Part shown: in pieces, positions 42,451-55,012 of the stretch
How the letters are laid out: each line of letters opens with the position of its first letter
How positions within the stretch are numbered: the stretch's first letter is position 1
The notes under the pieces: generated by a model
The model's input: the letters and a program-made list of their open reading frames with translations, nothing else
What the model was told of the DNA's origin: nothing
Database searches by the model: none
Origin: Eledone cirrhosa
Lineage: Eukaryota
Length of the DNA: 64,000 nucleotides
NCBI GenBank assembly: GCA_964016885.1
Contig: OZ024757.1
Coordinates: 13,578,001 to 13,642,000 of the forward strand
Reading direction: 5' to 3'
Translations under genes and position numbers: made by a program

Positions 42451-42685
42451 CACATAAGTGTGTGTGTATGTGTAGTATTGTAAGAAAATGTCTGGATATA
42501 TGTGTCTATATGACAATGTCTGTGTGTGTGTTAGATCAACCCTTACCCCACCCGAGAGAGTCCCTCACTCCTACAAACAGTAGCAATAAGTTACATAAGG
42601 GGTCATATCTGACACATTACAACAGGCTTCCCCTTGTTTTGTTACTTGGCAACTGGCCACAAGATGGTGGCTTTCTTCACACACA

Positions 42686-42733
<48 letters not shown>

Positions 42734-42949
42734 CATATAGTATTTAGTACACATACGTCTATACATGCATGCAACTACCTGCTTATGAGAGCTTTCTTCA
42801 CATACATGAACACACATCTCCCTTTCTCTCTCTCTCTCTATATATATATATAGAGAGAGAGAGAGAGGGGGGGTGTAAGACCATACTACACATTTATACA
42901 TGTCATATATTATCATCATCATCATCATTGTTGTTTTCATGTCCACTTG

Positions 42950-43990
42950 TTCTTACACAAAATTCTGGAATTGTTTCAGATGGGGTGGGGGCAGAGACCT
43001 CAAACACTCCTTCCAGCAGGTCCTGTCAGAAGCAACCATCTCCAACTGATCCAGCTAGATCACCAAGTGAGACCAGTCAAGCTCATGGATGTTATCCATC
43101 CTTCTTTTTCCGAGTTTGTCTCTGGGTTTCCAGCTCGTTTTTTTTTTTTGTTTGTTTTTTTTCCCATAAAATCTGTCCAGCAATTCTTTCCTGAGACATT
43201 CTAACCACATGTCCATAGTATCAGAGCTATGATCTCTCAATTCAGAGAAGTAGTAGCTCTACCTAGAGTGACTCTCTGAACTCCAAGCTACACATTCTTT
43301 CCTGAGACATTCTAACCACGTGTCCATAGTATCAGAGCTGTGATCTCTCAATTCAGAGAAGTAGCAGCTCTACCTGGAGTGACTCTCTGATCTCTGAGCT
43401 ACACATTCTTTCCTGAGACATTCTAACCACATGTCCATAATATCAGAGCTGTGATCTCTAAATTCAGAGAAGTAGCAGCTCTACCTAGAGTGACTCTCTG
43501 AACTCTGAGCTACACATTCTTTCATGAGACATTCTAACCAAATGTCCATAGTATCAGAGCTGTGATCTCTCAATTCAGAGAAGTAGCAGCTCTACCTGGA
43601 GTGAATCTCTGAACTCCAAGCTACACATTCTTTCCTGAGACCTTCTAACCACATGTCCATAGTATCAGAGCTGTGATCTCTCAATTCAGAGAAGTAGCAG
43701 CTCTACCTGGAGTGACTCTCTGAACTCCAAGCTACACATTCTTTCCTGAGACATTCTAACCACATGTCCATAGTATCAGAGCTGTGATCTCTTAATTCAG
43801 AGAAGTAGCAGCTCTACCTGGAGTGACTCTCTGATCTCTGAGCTACACATTCTTTCCTGAGACATTCTAACCACATGACCATAGTATCAGAGCTGTGATC
43901 TCTCAATTCGGAGAAGTTGCAGCTCTACTTGGAGTGACTCTCTGATCTCTGAGCTACACACTCTATCAAGAACATTACTCCAAAAACCCT
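42950..43990 (-). mobile_element. RTE (Rex3/Expander-like) 3' remnant with 111-bp tandem array (7 copies, 43183-43960)
   Basis: Reverse complement matches 1330-1740; ttctttcctgagacattctaacc recurs every 111 bp. Confidence 0.85.
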
Positions 43991-44662
43991 TTTCTGTAAT
44001 AAAAAAAAATACTACATTTTCAAATTCTGCCGCCATTCTTATAAACCGTGATGTAAAATGTTTTGCATCATAGAACCAGGAGTGATTCTAGCTGGTTTGG
44101 TATCAAAAGGCTTCAGACGGTTTCATATAAGTTACCAAATAAGAAATACAAGGAGACAGCAATGACGTGATGTGATATAAGTTACTTCTAGAACAAGATC
44201 CCTCATCATAACTGTTCTACTGAAATTAGTATATATACATTTGAGAGGGGAACCTTCAGTCCAGAACATTGAACACAACACAAAACATAGAAACCAGCCT
44301 ACCACCCAGTCAGCCACCCAGCCACATATTATAAGAAAGAGTGATGGAGAGGGGACAGTCAACAAGTTAGCAGGGGCAAGAAACTTTCCCACAGTCTAAG
44401 AGAAATTAGTGTGAGTGTAAGACAGTCACACAGTCACACATGCACGTGCACACACACACACATGCGCGTGCGCACACACACACACACACAGTCACACATG
44501 CGCATGCACACACAGTCACACACACAGAGTCACACATGCACGTGCACACACACACACTCACACAAGCAGACTGAGATTGAGTGAAAGGGAGAGAGAGATA
44601 AAGAGTGAGTGAATGGAAGAGGGGACACACATATATATATAGAGAGAGAATGGAGGGGGGGG

Positions 44663-44728
<66 letters not shown>

Positions 44729-44789
44729 CAGGGGAGTAAAAAAGGAGGATGAGGGGGAAGGGATCACAGCTGCTTCCTATTAAGTTTAA

Positions 44790-46237
44790 ACCACCATTAC
44801 CATCATAACTAACACCAACATCAACATCACCCTCACCCCCCACAACCACCACCATCACCCTCATCAGCATCATCATCACCACAACCACCACTATCACCCA
44901 CATCACAAGCACACCACCATCACCACAACCATCACCTTCATCACCACCACAACCAATCACCCTCATCACCACCACAACCATCACCCTGATCACCACCACC
45001 ACATCACCATCATCACCAACATCACCACCAGCAAGCACCATTACAAACAATAACAACACAACCACCACCACCAACATCCCCATCACCCTCACCACTACTG
45101 CTGCCAACACCACTACCACCCCCACCATCATCACCACTAACAATAACAACACAACCACCACCACCAACATCCCCATCACCCTCACCACTACTGCTGCCAA
45201 CACCACTACCACCCCCACCATCATCACCACTAACAATAACAACACAACCACCATCATCACCACTGACAATAACAACAACACAACCACCATCATCACCAAC
45301 ACCATCACCACTGACAATAACAACAACACAACCACCATCATCACCAACACCACCACCACTGACAATAACAACAACACAACCACCATCATCACCAACACCA
45401 CCACCACTAACAATAACAACACAACCACCACCATCATCACCAACACCACCACCACTGACAATAACAACACAACCACCATCATCACCAACACCACCACCAC
45501 TAACAATAACAACAACACAACCACCATCATCACCAACACCACTAACAATAACAACACAACCACCATCATCACCAACACCACCACCACTAACAATAACAAC
45601 ACAACCACCACTAACAATAACAACAACACAACCACCATCATCACCAACACCACCACCACTGACAATAACAACAACACAACCACCATCATCACCAACACCA
45701 CCACCACTAACAATAACAACAACACAACCACCATCATCACCAACACCACCACCACTAACAATAACAACACAACCACCATCATCACCAACACCGCCACCAC
45801 TAACAATAACAACAACACAACCACCATCATCACCAACACCACCACCACTAACAATAACAACAACACAACCACCATCATCACCAACACCACCACCACTAAC
45901 AATAACAACACAACCACCATCATCACCAACACCGCCACCACTAACAATAACAACAACACAACCACCATCATCACCAACACCACCACCACTAACAATAACA
46001 ACAACACAACCACCATCATCACCAACACCACCACCACTAACAATAACAACAACACAACCACCATCATCACCAACACCGCCACCACTAACAATAACAACAA
46101 CACAACCACCATCATCACCAACACCGCCACCACTAACAATAACAACAACACAACCACCACTAACAATAACAACAACACAACCACCATCACCACCAACACC
46201 ACCATCACCATCACCACTGACAATAACAACAACACAA
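44790..46237. repeat. ~48-51 bp (CAC/AAC)-derived minisatellite
   Basis: Unit actaacaataacaacaacacaaccaccatcatcaccaacaccaccacc. Confidence 0.95.
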
Positions 46238-46443
46238 CCCTTTACACAATCCCAGCCCTGTAAGTGAAAGGAGATCCCTAAGTCTTCAGAAATTTGGGTG
46301 GAAAAAAAGGGCAGGTAGGTGGTGGTGGTGGTGGTGGGGTGATGGTGGTGGGGGTGATGGTGGAATTCTTAAGACTAAGGGGTAGGAGGGAGCTGGCCAG
46401 GAGAAAAGAGTGAGGATTTTGGGTGAGTAGAAGGTTCAACAAC

Positions 46444-46482
<39 letters not shown>

Positions 46483-47003
46483 CTCTCGCTCTCTTACTAC
46501 TACTCTCCTCAGACAGCAGGTGGAGATACTAAGGCACCAGGAGAGAGGGAGGGAGGTGTAGGAGAGACAGACAGGTCTCAAAGCCTGGCCCCTCCTGACA
46601 CCCTAATCCACCATACACACACTCCAAAGCATCATCTATTCTTCTAATCATGAATTCTTAGTGTAGAGGCCCCACCCATGGGTTCTCATGTCACAACACC
46701 TCACCCTGCTCCTTCTCCGTCTCGCTCTTCTCTCTCTCACTCCTTTTATCCCTTTTTCTGTCTCTCTATCTTTCCTTTCAGTCCCTCGCAGTCTCTCTCT
46801 ATCTCTCCCTCTCTCTCATCTCTCTTCTGTCTCTTTCTCTTCCCCCTCTCTCATTTGCTCCCCCTTCCCCCTCCCTATCTCTCTCACTCTCTCTCCTGGA
46901 ACAAAAAGTGAAACACAAATAAGTTCTAGGTCATACATATGAAGCATGTAACATTATATATATATATACACATATATATATACACACACATATATACACA
47001 CAC

Positions 47004-47068
<65 letters not shown>

Positions 47069-47078
47069 CATATATATA

Positions 47079-47146
<68 letters not shown>

Positions 47147-47467
47147 CACATATATACACACACATATATATATGTATGTATATATGTATGTATATATATA
47201 ATGGTATGAATGTATGTATATGTGCTTGTATACATACATAAATGAAATATATGCTATTGTAATGGTGTGTGTATGGGTGTATGCATGTCTATAAACCTCT
47301 GTATATGTATATATGAGTATGTATGTGTGTGTGTGTGTGTGTGTGTAAGTGTAGAGTAAATGTGAGAGAAGACAGGACATATCACATTTAACTGAAGTTG
47401 AACATTAAAGATTAGTTTTTGCAAAGATTTCATATTACCATTTTATTACCATAATGTCCCCTCACGG

Positions 47468-47505
<38 letters not shown>

Positions 47506-47652
47506 GTGTATATGTATAAACATACAGACACATTATGATGCACACAAATACACACACATATTCATATATACATACATAGGACTCACAAATACACTGACAT
47601 AGACACACACACATATATATATATATATATATTCACACAGACACACACACAC

Positions 47653-47687
<35 letters not shown>

Positions 47688-47688
<1 letters not shown>

Positions 47689-47909
47689 GGTCTAACGGAT
47701 TTTACCGCTTCCATTCTGATATATATATATATATCATAATGGAAGCAGTAAAATCCGTTAGACCATTATCCACAAGAGTACTCGATAACTGGGTTAGTAG
47801 AGTGGGTAATATGAAAAAATTCGGGACCCCCCCTAACGGCTGAGCTCCTGCTGTATCTAGCTATTGAAACGGCAGGAGCTCAGCCATCAGGGTCCCAAAT
47901 TTTTCATAT
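47688..47909. repeat. Two adjacent fold-back repeats
   Basis: tggtctaacggattttac/gtaaaatccgttagacca around an (AT)n; ggctgagctcctgc/gcaggagctcagcc with extended arms; same family as the start of the 52160 tandem unit. Confidence 0.8.
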
Positions 47910-48026
47910 GTATTTATATACATATATACTCTAAGGACCTACCTTGTCGAGTGCTTTGCTAACTCATTCATATAGTAGGTCGAATTTGCTTGCAAACTGC
48001 CAAAGATTCGATTTTACTAAGCATCC

Positions 48027-48069
<43 letters not shown>

Positions 48070-48133
48070 CGGTAATTTCCAATAGCCGAAATACGATTCT
48101 CGCTAATTTATATATATATATATATATATATAT

Positions 48134-48226
48134 GTCCCAAATGCAAAGTATGGGTGCATAAAAGATGTAGTGGGATCACAGGTAAGCTAACTAAGAACAT
48201 AGATTTTACATGTGGCCGGTGCTCTG

Positions 48227-48274
<48 letters not shown>

Positions 48275-49073
48275 GTACATGCTGAAGCATATAAACAATA
48301 TGCCCCCCCACCCCCCCACCCCCCACCGCAAGGTGGTCGTGGAGGTGCCAGGGCAAAAAAGCACCCAGCCCACACTGTAAAGTGGACGTGTAGGCGCCAC
48401 GAAAAAGCACCCAGCACTCACTGTAAATGAGGTTGGTGTTAGGAAGGGCATCCAGCTGTAGAAATCAAGCCAGATCAGTTTCTGTATGAGCAAGGCATGG
48501 TCAGCCGACCAGACACTGCCCACAACAGGACAACCCGTCTAACCCATGCTAGCGTGGAAGAACGGACGTAAAACGGTGATGATGATGATGATGATGATAT
48601 ACATACACCAGAGCACCGGCCACATGTAAAATCTATGTTCTTAGTTAGCTTACCTGTGATCCCACTACATCTTTTATGCACCCATACTTTGCATTTGGGA
48701 CATAAACATAAAATGGAGTTTCTACCTGCCAGACAGTCCACGCTGTAATGTGGCTGTGTAGGCAACACGGTAAAAACCTCCCAGCCCCACACTGTAAATG
48801 TGGTTGGTGTTAGGAAGGGCATCCAGCTGTAGAAAACACGCCAGACAGTCCACGCTATAATGTGGCCGTGTAGGCAACACGGTAAAAACCTCCCAGCCCC
48901 ACACTGTAAATATGGTTGGCGTTAGGAAGGGCATCCAGCTGTAGAAAACCCGCCAGACAGTCCTATGCGAGCAAGACAACCACTCTTGCCTCAAGTGGGA
49001 AAACCCCCGTCCAAACCCATGCAAGCGTGGAACACGGACGTTAAACGTTGATGATGATGATGATGATGATGAT
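48134..49073. mobile_element. Rearranged RTE pieces: PHD-coding fragment (+, 48134-48228), RTE-tailed element (+, 48330-48597), inverted PHD fragment (-, 48607-48724), 3' UTR (+, 48725-49073)
   Basis: Near-identical to 24306-24418 and 25208-25437 of the intact RTE. Confidence 0.88.
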
Positions 49074-49313
49074 ACAAAGTGTTGAAACGATCAAATTTTA
49101 GTTTAGAACATTTATAAGCTGACAATTGTTTCTTCCAGAGGGAAGTCTGGAATCATCGGAGCATAAGGAATGTCGAAACACTTTTGTCATACCGGTAACT
49201 GGCTTGTACTTAGTACTACCCTACATATTTATAGTTATATCAAACATATATAAATATAAATATTCTTATTACTATATATTCTTATTACTATATATTCTTA
49301 TTACTATATATAA

Positions 49314-49502
49314 GGGCGGTGGATTGGCAGTATCGGTAGAGGGTCGGACGTCATGCTTTCCAGCATAGTTACGTCCCTTTAAGATCTGAGTTCAAATCCC
49401 GCCGAGGTTGACTTTGCCTTTCATCCTTACGGGGTCGATAAAATAAAAGTACCAGTAATGCACTGGGTATTTGCTGGCCTTGTGCCTAAAGTAGAAACAA
49501 TT
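49314..49502 (+). mobile_element. SINE family A (complete)
   Basis: gggcggtggattggcag head, B box gagttcaaatccc, conserved core, ggccttgtgcctaaagtagaaac end. Confidence 0.88.
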
Positions 49503-49559
49503 CTTATTACTATATATATCATCATCATCATCATCATTTTACATCCGCTTTTCCCTGCT

Positions 49560-49597
<38 letters not shown>

Positions 49598-49875
49598 AGC
49601 AGGGAAAAGCGGATATATATATATATATATGAATTTGTTTTGCAAGGATTTTGATACAAAATTGTGTGTCGAAACAAATATTGTTGTAATAATATTGCCA
49701 GAAATAATAACAGATCTATGGAACTATGCAGATATAAAAGATACAGAAGCGAAAACCAACCAAACAATGGGTGTGTTCTGTTATTATTTCTGGCAATATT
49801 ATTACAACAATATGACCCTCCCCAAGTACAACAATATATATTTATATATATATATATATAAATAAATATATAAAG

Positions 49876-50112
49876 CCATGTAGTGTGACTATACTACTCA
49901 GTAACAGTCTCGTTGTTCCAAGTCCTGTGTCACACAGTTAATGTACCACACTTTCACAGATAGAACAAGTTACAAAAACTGTCCTTAATTTGGTGTATTT
50001 TTCCCCGTTACATGGCCAAAATAGGAGATACTGTGTACCCTGCTAATGGTATCTTAACAGGGCATACAGTGTCCCCTATTGTGGTATCTTAATAGGGTAC
50101 ACAGTGTGGATA
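49876..50112 (-). ncRNA. Box H/ACA scaRNA-like RNA, predicted guide for U1 snRNA psi6 (U109/SCARNA18-like function)
   Basis: Minus strand: H box ACAUUA, 3' hairpin GUGUGAC/GUCACAC, pocket strands CAGG and AGUAU complementary to U1 AUACU-UA-CCUG, 14 nt from pocket to ACA, CGAG (CAB-like) in apical loop. 5' boundary inferred from CCACACU/AGUGUGG stem. Confidence 0.8.
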
Positions 50113-51437
50113 ACTGAATAACTGTTGGATTTTCGAAAAACTTAACAATATCATAGTTACATTCGAGGAGGATCATGTTGTCCTAATATAGTAAAACTTC
50201 ACTTCAGTTCAGTATATCTTCATATTTTTATAAATAATTTAGCTGGCAATCGATGTTTATCATTGATTAATCAACAGTTAAAATTATAAATATAATTTCT
50301 CAAAGTTCTTTCATCACATATTTTTTCTGTGACATCTTCACTGATTTCCTCCCATTATGTTTCTATAATGTTTTTTTTTTTTAGTGTTTTATTATTATTG
50401 AGTGTGTTTTATTATTATTTTTGGCAATATTAGGACAACATGGGCTAAAAATATTTCATCGAATGGGCCGACAGAGGAACCTGCATGAAATTATATTTTC
50501 ATAGTAAAGGCTTTACCTCATATAATTATCTCACATAATATCGATTCTATGAGATTTTGATATTATCTATTTTGAGAACAATACCTTAACATCTATACGA
50601 GCGGCCAGTTATAGCAGGTTTGAACAGAAAGAGGTGAGAGAATTCTGGCTGGATACGGCTGATTTAAATGCTAAAGGGTTAAAGAAAGTAAAGCCATATT
50701 GGAAAATATAGACTTAGATACATTATCACTTTATTTTGCTTTTCTCTTGACCCTCAAAGATAATGGGGAGGCATTTCTAGTAATGCAACATATTTTGAGC
50801 AAATATAACCCTAAGGACTCATCTTTCTCTGGGTTAACCCTTCAGCATTTACATTACTCTATATATACTATTATATTTTCACAGTAAAGGTTTTACCTAA
50901 CATAATATGAAATCTGTAAGATTTTAGTATTATCTACTTTGAGAACAATACCTTAACGTCAGTATGAGTGGCCGGTTACAGCCAGTTTGAACAGAAAGAG
51001 GTGAGAGAATTCTGGCTGGATACAGCCGGTTTAAATGCATTATACCTGAATAAAAAATAGGCTGAGCAGAATACGAACACCTTTTGATCATAGGTATGCT
51101 CAGTCAGAGATGGCCTAGGGCTAAAACAAGATCATTTAATATTTCATCTCTTTCTCACTATGAACTGAAGAGTCTTGTCTCCCCCCAGCCCCAAACATTA
51201 GAAACCTCGTCCCCCTCCTCCTCTTCCTCTTCATAGTAAACCAATTTATTCCAGTCTGTTGAAGTGTTATATCATCTAACAAGTGACCCGGCTTATTTGA
51301 CCTCTTGTAGCCCAGATTTTTTGACCACTGTAATAATATATGACACTATATATTTTTCTGTTTTTTCCTACAAAAATATATGAAACTCTAGGATATATTT
51401 ATAATTATGAAACTTAAAAATATCTATACACAACACG

Positions 51438-51600
51438 GGTATGGCTGCATGGTAAAGGGGTTGGCTGCATAACCACATGGTGTCGGGTTCAGTTCCTTTG
51501 TCTGGAACCTTAGGCAAATAAATGTCTTTTATTATAGCCTCAGGTGGACCGATGTCTTGTAAGCAAAATTTGGTAGGTAGACACTGTGTAGAAGCCCAAC
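51438..51600 (+). mobile_element. Degenerate tRNA-derived SINE (family C)
   Basis: tggctgcatggtaaag A-box-like and gggttcagttcc B-box-like motifs, accttaggcaa core. Confidence 0.55.
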
Positions 51601-51799
51601 ATATATATACCTTTCTCTCTACCATAACACAGCCACCATGTCTGCTATTAACTAAATGTGTGCACTCTGAACAGCTGATTGCAGCTGCATTACTGCAAGT
51701 TGGCAGATTCATTGAGTGAGCTAGACGTTGGCCAGAGAACATTGACTTAATACCAGTGATCTATATAGTGATATATACATATATATATATATATATAGT

Positions 51800-52135
51800 G
51801 GAGGCACATGGCTTAGTGGTTAGAGCATTGGCTTTGCAATCGAAAGGTTGTGAGTTCAATTCTCAGACCAGGTGATGTGTTGTTTCCTTGAGCAAGACAC
51901 TTTATTTCACGTTGCTCCAGTTTACTCAGCTGTAGAAATGAGATTATAGGGACTGGGATCCCTATCATTCGTGGAGGTGCCATGGCAAAAAAGCACCCAG
52001 CACTCACTGTAAATGAGGTTGGTGTTAGGAAGGGCATCCAGCTGTAGAAATCAAGCCAGAATCAGTTCCCGTTCCACCCTTGCAAGCAGGGAAAAGTGGA
52101 CGTAAAATGAAATGATGATGATGATGATGATGATA
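51800..52135 (+). mobile_element. tRNA-derived SINE (family B) with RTE-type 3' tail
   Basis: A box tggcttagtgg, B box gagttcaattc, core ccttgagcaagacactttatttcac, tail ggttggtgttaggaagggcatcc...ggacgtaaaatg(gat)n. Confidence 0.88.
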
Positions 52136-52320
52136 TAGATATATATAGATAGATAGATAGATATTGTCTGGAACTAGCTGTTGAAATGGCAAGAGCTCAG
52201 CCGTCGGGTCCCATCTCTTTATAATATAACCATACTCTACTACCCCCAAGCATAGAGTACTCTGTTGAGTAATGGTCAAACCAGTTTCAAACTGATTCTA
52301 TCTTGATTTATACATTTATA

Positions 52321-52738
52321 GTGGAGTCTGTGCTGCTGTACGGGTCTGAGATTGGACACTGACCAAGAAACTCACTCAGATGGTGGATGGGTGCTACACG
52401 AGAATGCTGAGGATGGCTCTGAACATTAATCAGTATACACTGAGTTTGAAGAACTCAGAGCTGTACGGGAGCCTCCCAAAAGTCAGCTCGAGAGTAGCAC
52501 AGAGATGACTGGGGTTAGCTGGACATGCTCACTGACATCCAGAGTTGACATTGCACTCAGTGCTCCTGTGGGAGCTCCTACATGGACACACTGGAAGAGG
52601 AAGACCGAGGTTAATGTATGTTGATGTCCTAAGGATAGACACTGGTCTGTTGGAGACGCAGGACATGGCAATGATAATGAGGGACAGAGACCGCTGGAGA
52701 GAACTCGTCCATGGATCTCAGGGATTTTATCCGCCATA
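52321..52738 (+). pseudogene. Dead RTE/RTEX-like LINE C-terminal fragment (also 54178-54597, 56073-56491, 57969-58387)
   Basis: VESVLLYGSETWTLTK...DGCYTR.LR...ELYG.LP...LAGH...GRGRP...DRDRWR with two in-frame TGA stops. Confidence 0.85.
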
Positions 52739-52983
52739 GAGACATATATATATTTTTAAAGACAAAATTAATTGCATATTAAGTGATGAAACATGTTAAT
52801 GCTTGGAATAAAACCTTATTATATCTCTTATCCATGTTAATCATCCTTTTACCTGTTATATATATATATTCAGTTCAAGGATATAACAAACAGGTACAAA
52901 AAGTCTTATTAGTTTCATGCTTTTTATGGAAAAGGAGAAAGAAATAGCAGCCAAATCCCCCTCAAGTATATATATGTTAAAAG

Positions 52984-53150
52984 CAATGTAGCGTGACTAT
53001 ACTACTCAGTAACAGTCTTGTTGCTCCAAGTCCTGTGTCACACAGTTGATGTCCCACACTTTCACAGAGTACCAGCTACAAAACTGTCCTCAATATATTT
53101 GGTGTAGTGACCCCTGTAAAGCTGCTTACGCAGGGGTCATAGTGTGGGTT
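52984..53150 (-). ncRNA. H/ACA U1-psi6 guide-like RNA, tandem copy 1
   Basis: H box ACAUCA, same pocket (CAGG/AGUAU), ACA box, CCCACACU/AGUGUGGG stem. Confidence 0.72.
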
Positions 53151-53821
53151 GCTTGATTAAAAACAAACAAAAAAAGAAGAAAAAAAAGAAACATATTTTA
53201 AAAAATGTGTAAGATATATCCTCTCAGACAGTTTCTCTCTCAACACATCTATGCTCGGTCGTTCACGCACATTGACATTGCACATCCAACAGAGCATGCT
53301 TGCCTCATTTCTCTCCAGCAGTCGCATATCGCCATTTAATTATATATATATATTGTAATATAGTCTAAAATTATATATAATCACAATTCAATGTTTATAT
53401 ATATTGTAATATAGTCTAAAATTATATATATATATATATATAATCACCATTTAATGTCTATTTTCCATGCTTGCATGGATAGACAGGGTGTAATGTTATG
53501 CAGTTAGAAGGGCCAGGTAATGTTTTGCTCAAATGTTCCGTTTTTTCCCCCCTTAGTTTGCTGTATTAAATTACTGACATACCGAAGCCTAACATGTTTC
53601 AATCAGTAAAGCAATGAAGGAAATAAACTACCAATATTTTCCATGCCACTGCTTTCTTGAACTATATTTAATGTTACAGTAACACAACATATATATATAT
53701 TTTTTTTTCAAAGAATCGCTGTTCTTAAAATGCATGGGCCAATGACCTCCACACATCCCAATAACCACCCTCCCCTACCACCAGAAAACGTATAAATACC
53801 ACCATATCACAATGACAGTCA

Positions 53822-53871
53822 GCTTTCCTGATGATTTCCTTAGAATGAAACAGTTCTAGTCCTGTAGAAGC
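53822..53871 (+). ncRNA. Hammerhead-like motif, one per tandem unit (also 55691-55740, 57585-57634, 59325-59374)
   Basis: UUC-CUGAUGA-U-UUC-CUUA-GAA-U-GAAA-CAG-loop-CUG-UA-GAAG; intact core but weak stem II with U-U closing mismatch. Confidence 0.45.
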
Positions 53872-54122
53872 CATTTCTATATTTTTTATATATATATATA
53901 TATATATGAAAATGATAGAAGATATATACATATATATATATATAGAGATATATATAGATAGATAGATAGATAGATAGATATTGTCTGGAACTAGCTGTTG
54001 AAATGGCAAGAGCTCAGCCGTCGGGTCCCAACTCTTTATAATATAACCATACTCTACTACCCCCCAGCATAGAGTACTCTGTTGAGTAATGGTCAAACCA
54101 GTTTCAAACTGATTCTTTCTTG

Positions 54123-54172
<50 letters not shown>

Positions 54173-54845
54173 TTATAGTGGAGTCTGTGCTGCTGTACGG
54201 GTCTGAGACTTGGACACTGACCAAGAAACTCACTCAGATGGTGGATGGGTGCTACACGAGAGTGCTGAGGATGGCTCTGAACATTAATCAGTATACACTG
54301 AGTTTGAAGAACTCAGAGCTGTACGGGAGCCTCCCAAAAGTCAGCTCGAGAGTAGCACAGAGATGACTGGGGTTAGCTGGACATGCTCACTGACATCCAG
54401 AGTTGACATTGCACTCAGTGCTCCTGTGGGAGATCCTACATGGACACACTGGAAGAGGAAGACCGAGGTTAATGTATGTTGATGTCCTAAAGACAGACAC
54501 TGGTCTGCTGGAGACGCAGGACATGGCAGCGATAATGAGGGACAGAGACCGCTGGAGAGAACTCGTCCATGGATCTCTGGGATTTAATCCGCCATAGAGA
54601 CATATATATATTTTTAAAGACAAAATTAATTGCATATTAAGTGATGAAACATGTTAATGCTTGGAATAAAACCTTATTATATCTCTTATCCATGTTAAGC
54701 ATCCTTTTACCTGTTATATATATATATATATTCAGTTCAAGGATATAACAAACAGGTACAAAAAGTCTTATTAGTTTCATGCTTTTTATGGAAAAGGAGA
54801 AAGAAATAGCAGCCAAATCCCCCTCAAGTATATATATGTTAAAAG

Positions 54846-55012
54846 CAATGTAGTGTGACTATACTACTCAGTAACAGTCTTGTTGCTCCAAGTCCTGTGT
54901 CACACAATTGATGTCCCACACTTTCACAGAGTACCAGCTACAAAACTGTCCTCAATATATTTGGTGTAGTGATCCCTGTAAAGCTGCTTACGCAGGGGTC
55001 ATAGTGTGGGTT
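54846..55012 (-). ncRNA. H/ACA U1-psi6 guide-like RNA, tandem copy 2
   Basis: As copy 1. Confidence 0.72.

Noticed and set aside
44050-44115. Minus-strand hairpin followed by ACA (possible H/ACA RNA)
   Set aside because: No H box or second hairpin and no recognisable target
49876-50112. Telomerase RNA or U17/snR30
   Set aside because: Branched 5' domain is superficially similar, but no telomeric template or pseudoknot was seen upstream, U17 m1/m2 motifs are absent, and the 3' pocket fits U1
51800-51880. tRNA gene
   Set aside because: A/B boxes present but no closed acceptor stem; continues into SINE core and LINE tail and recurs as dispersed copies
53725-54096. 123-aa minus-strand ORF repeated in the tandem units
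   Set aside because: Runs through (GATA)n/(AT)n and a repeat-derived segment; no recognisable domain
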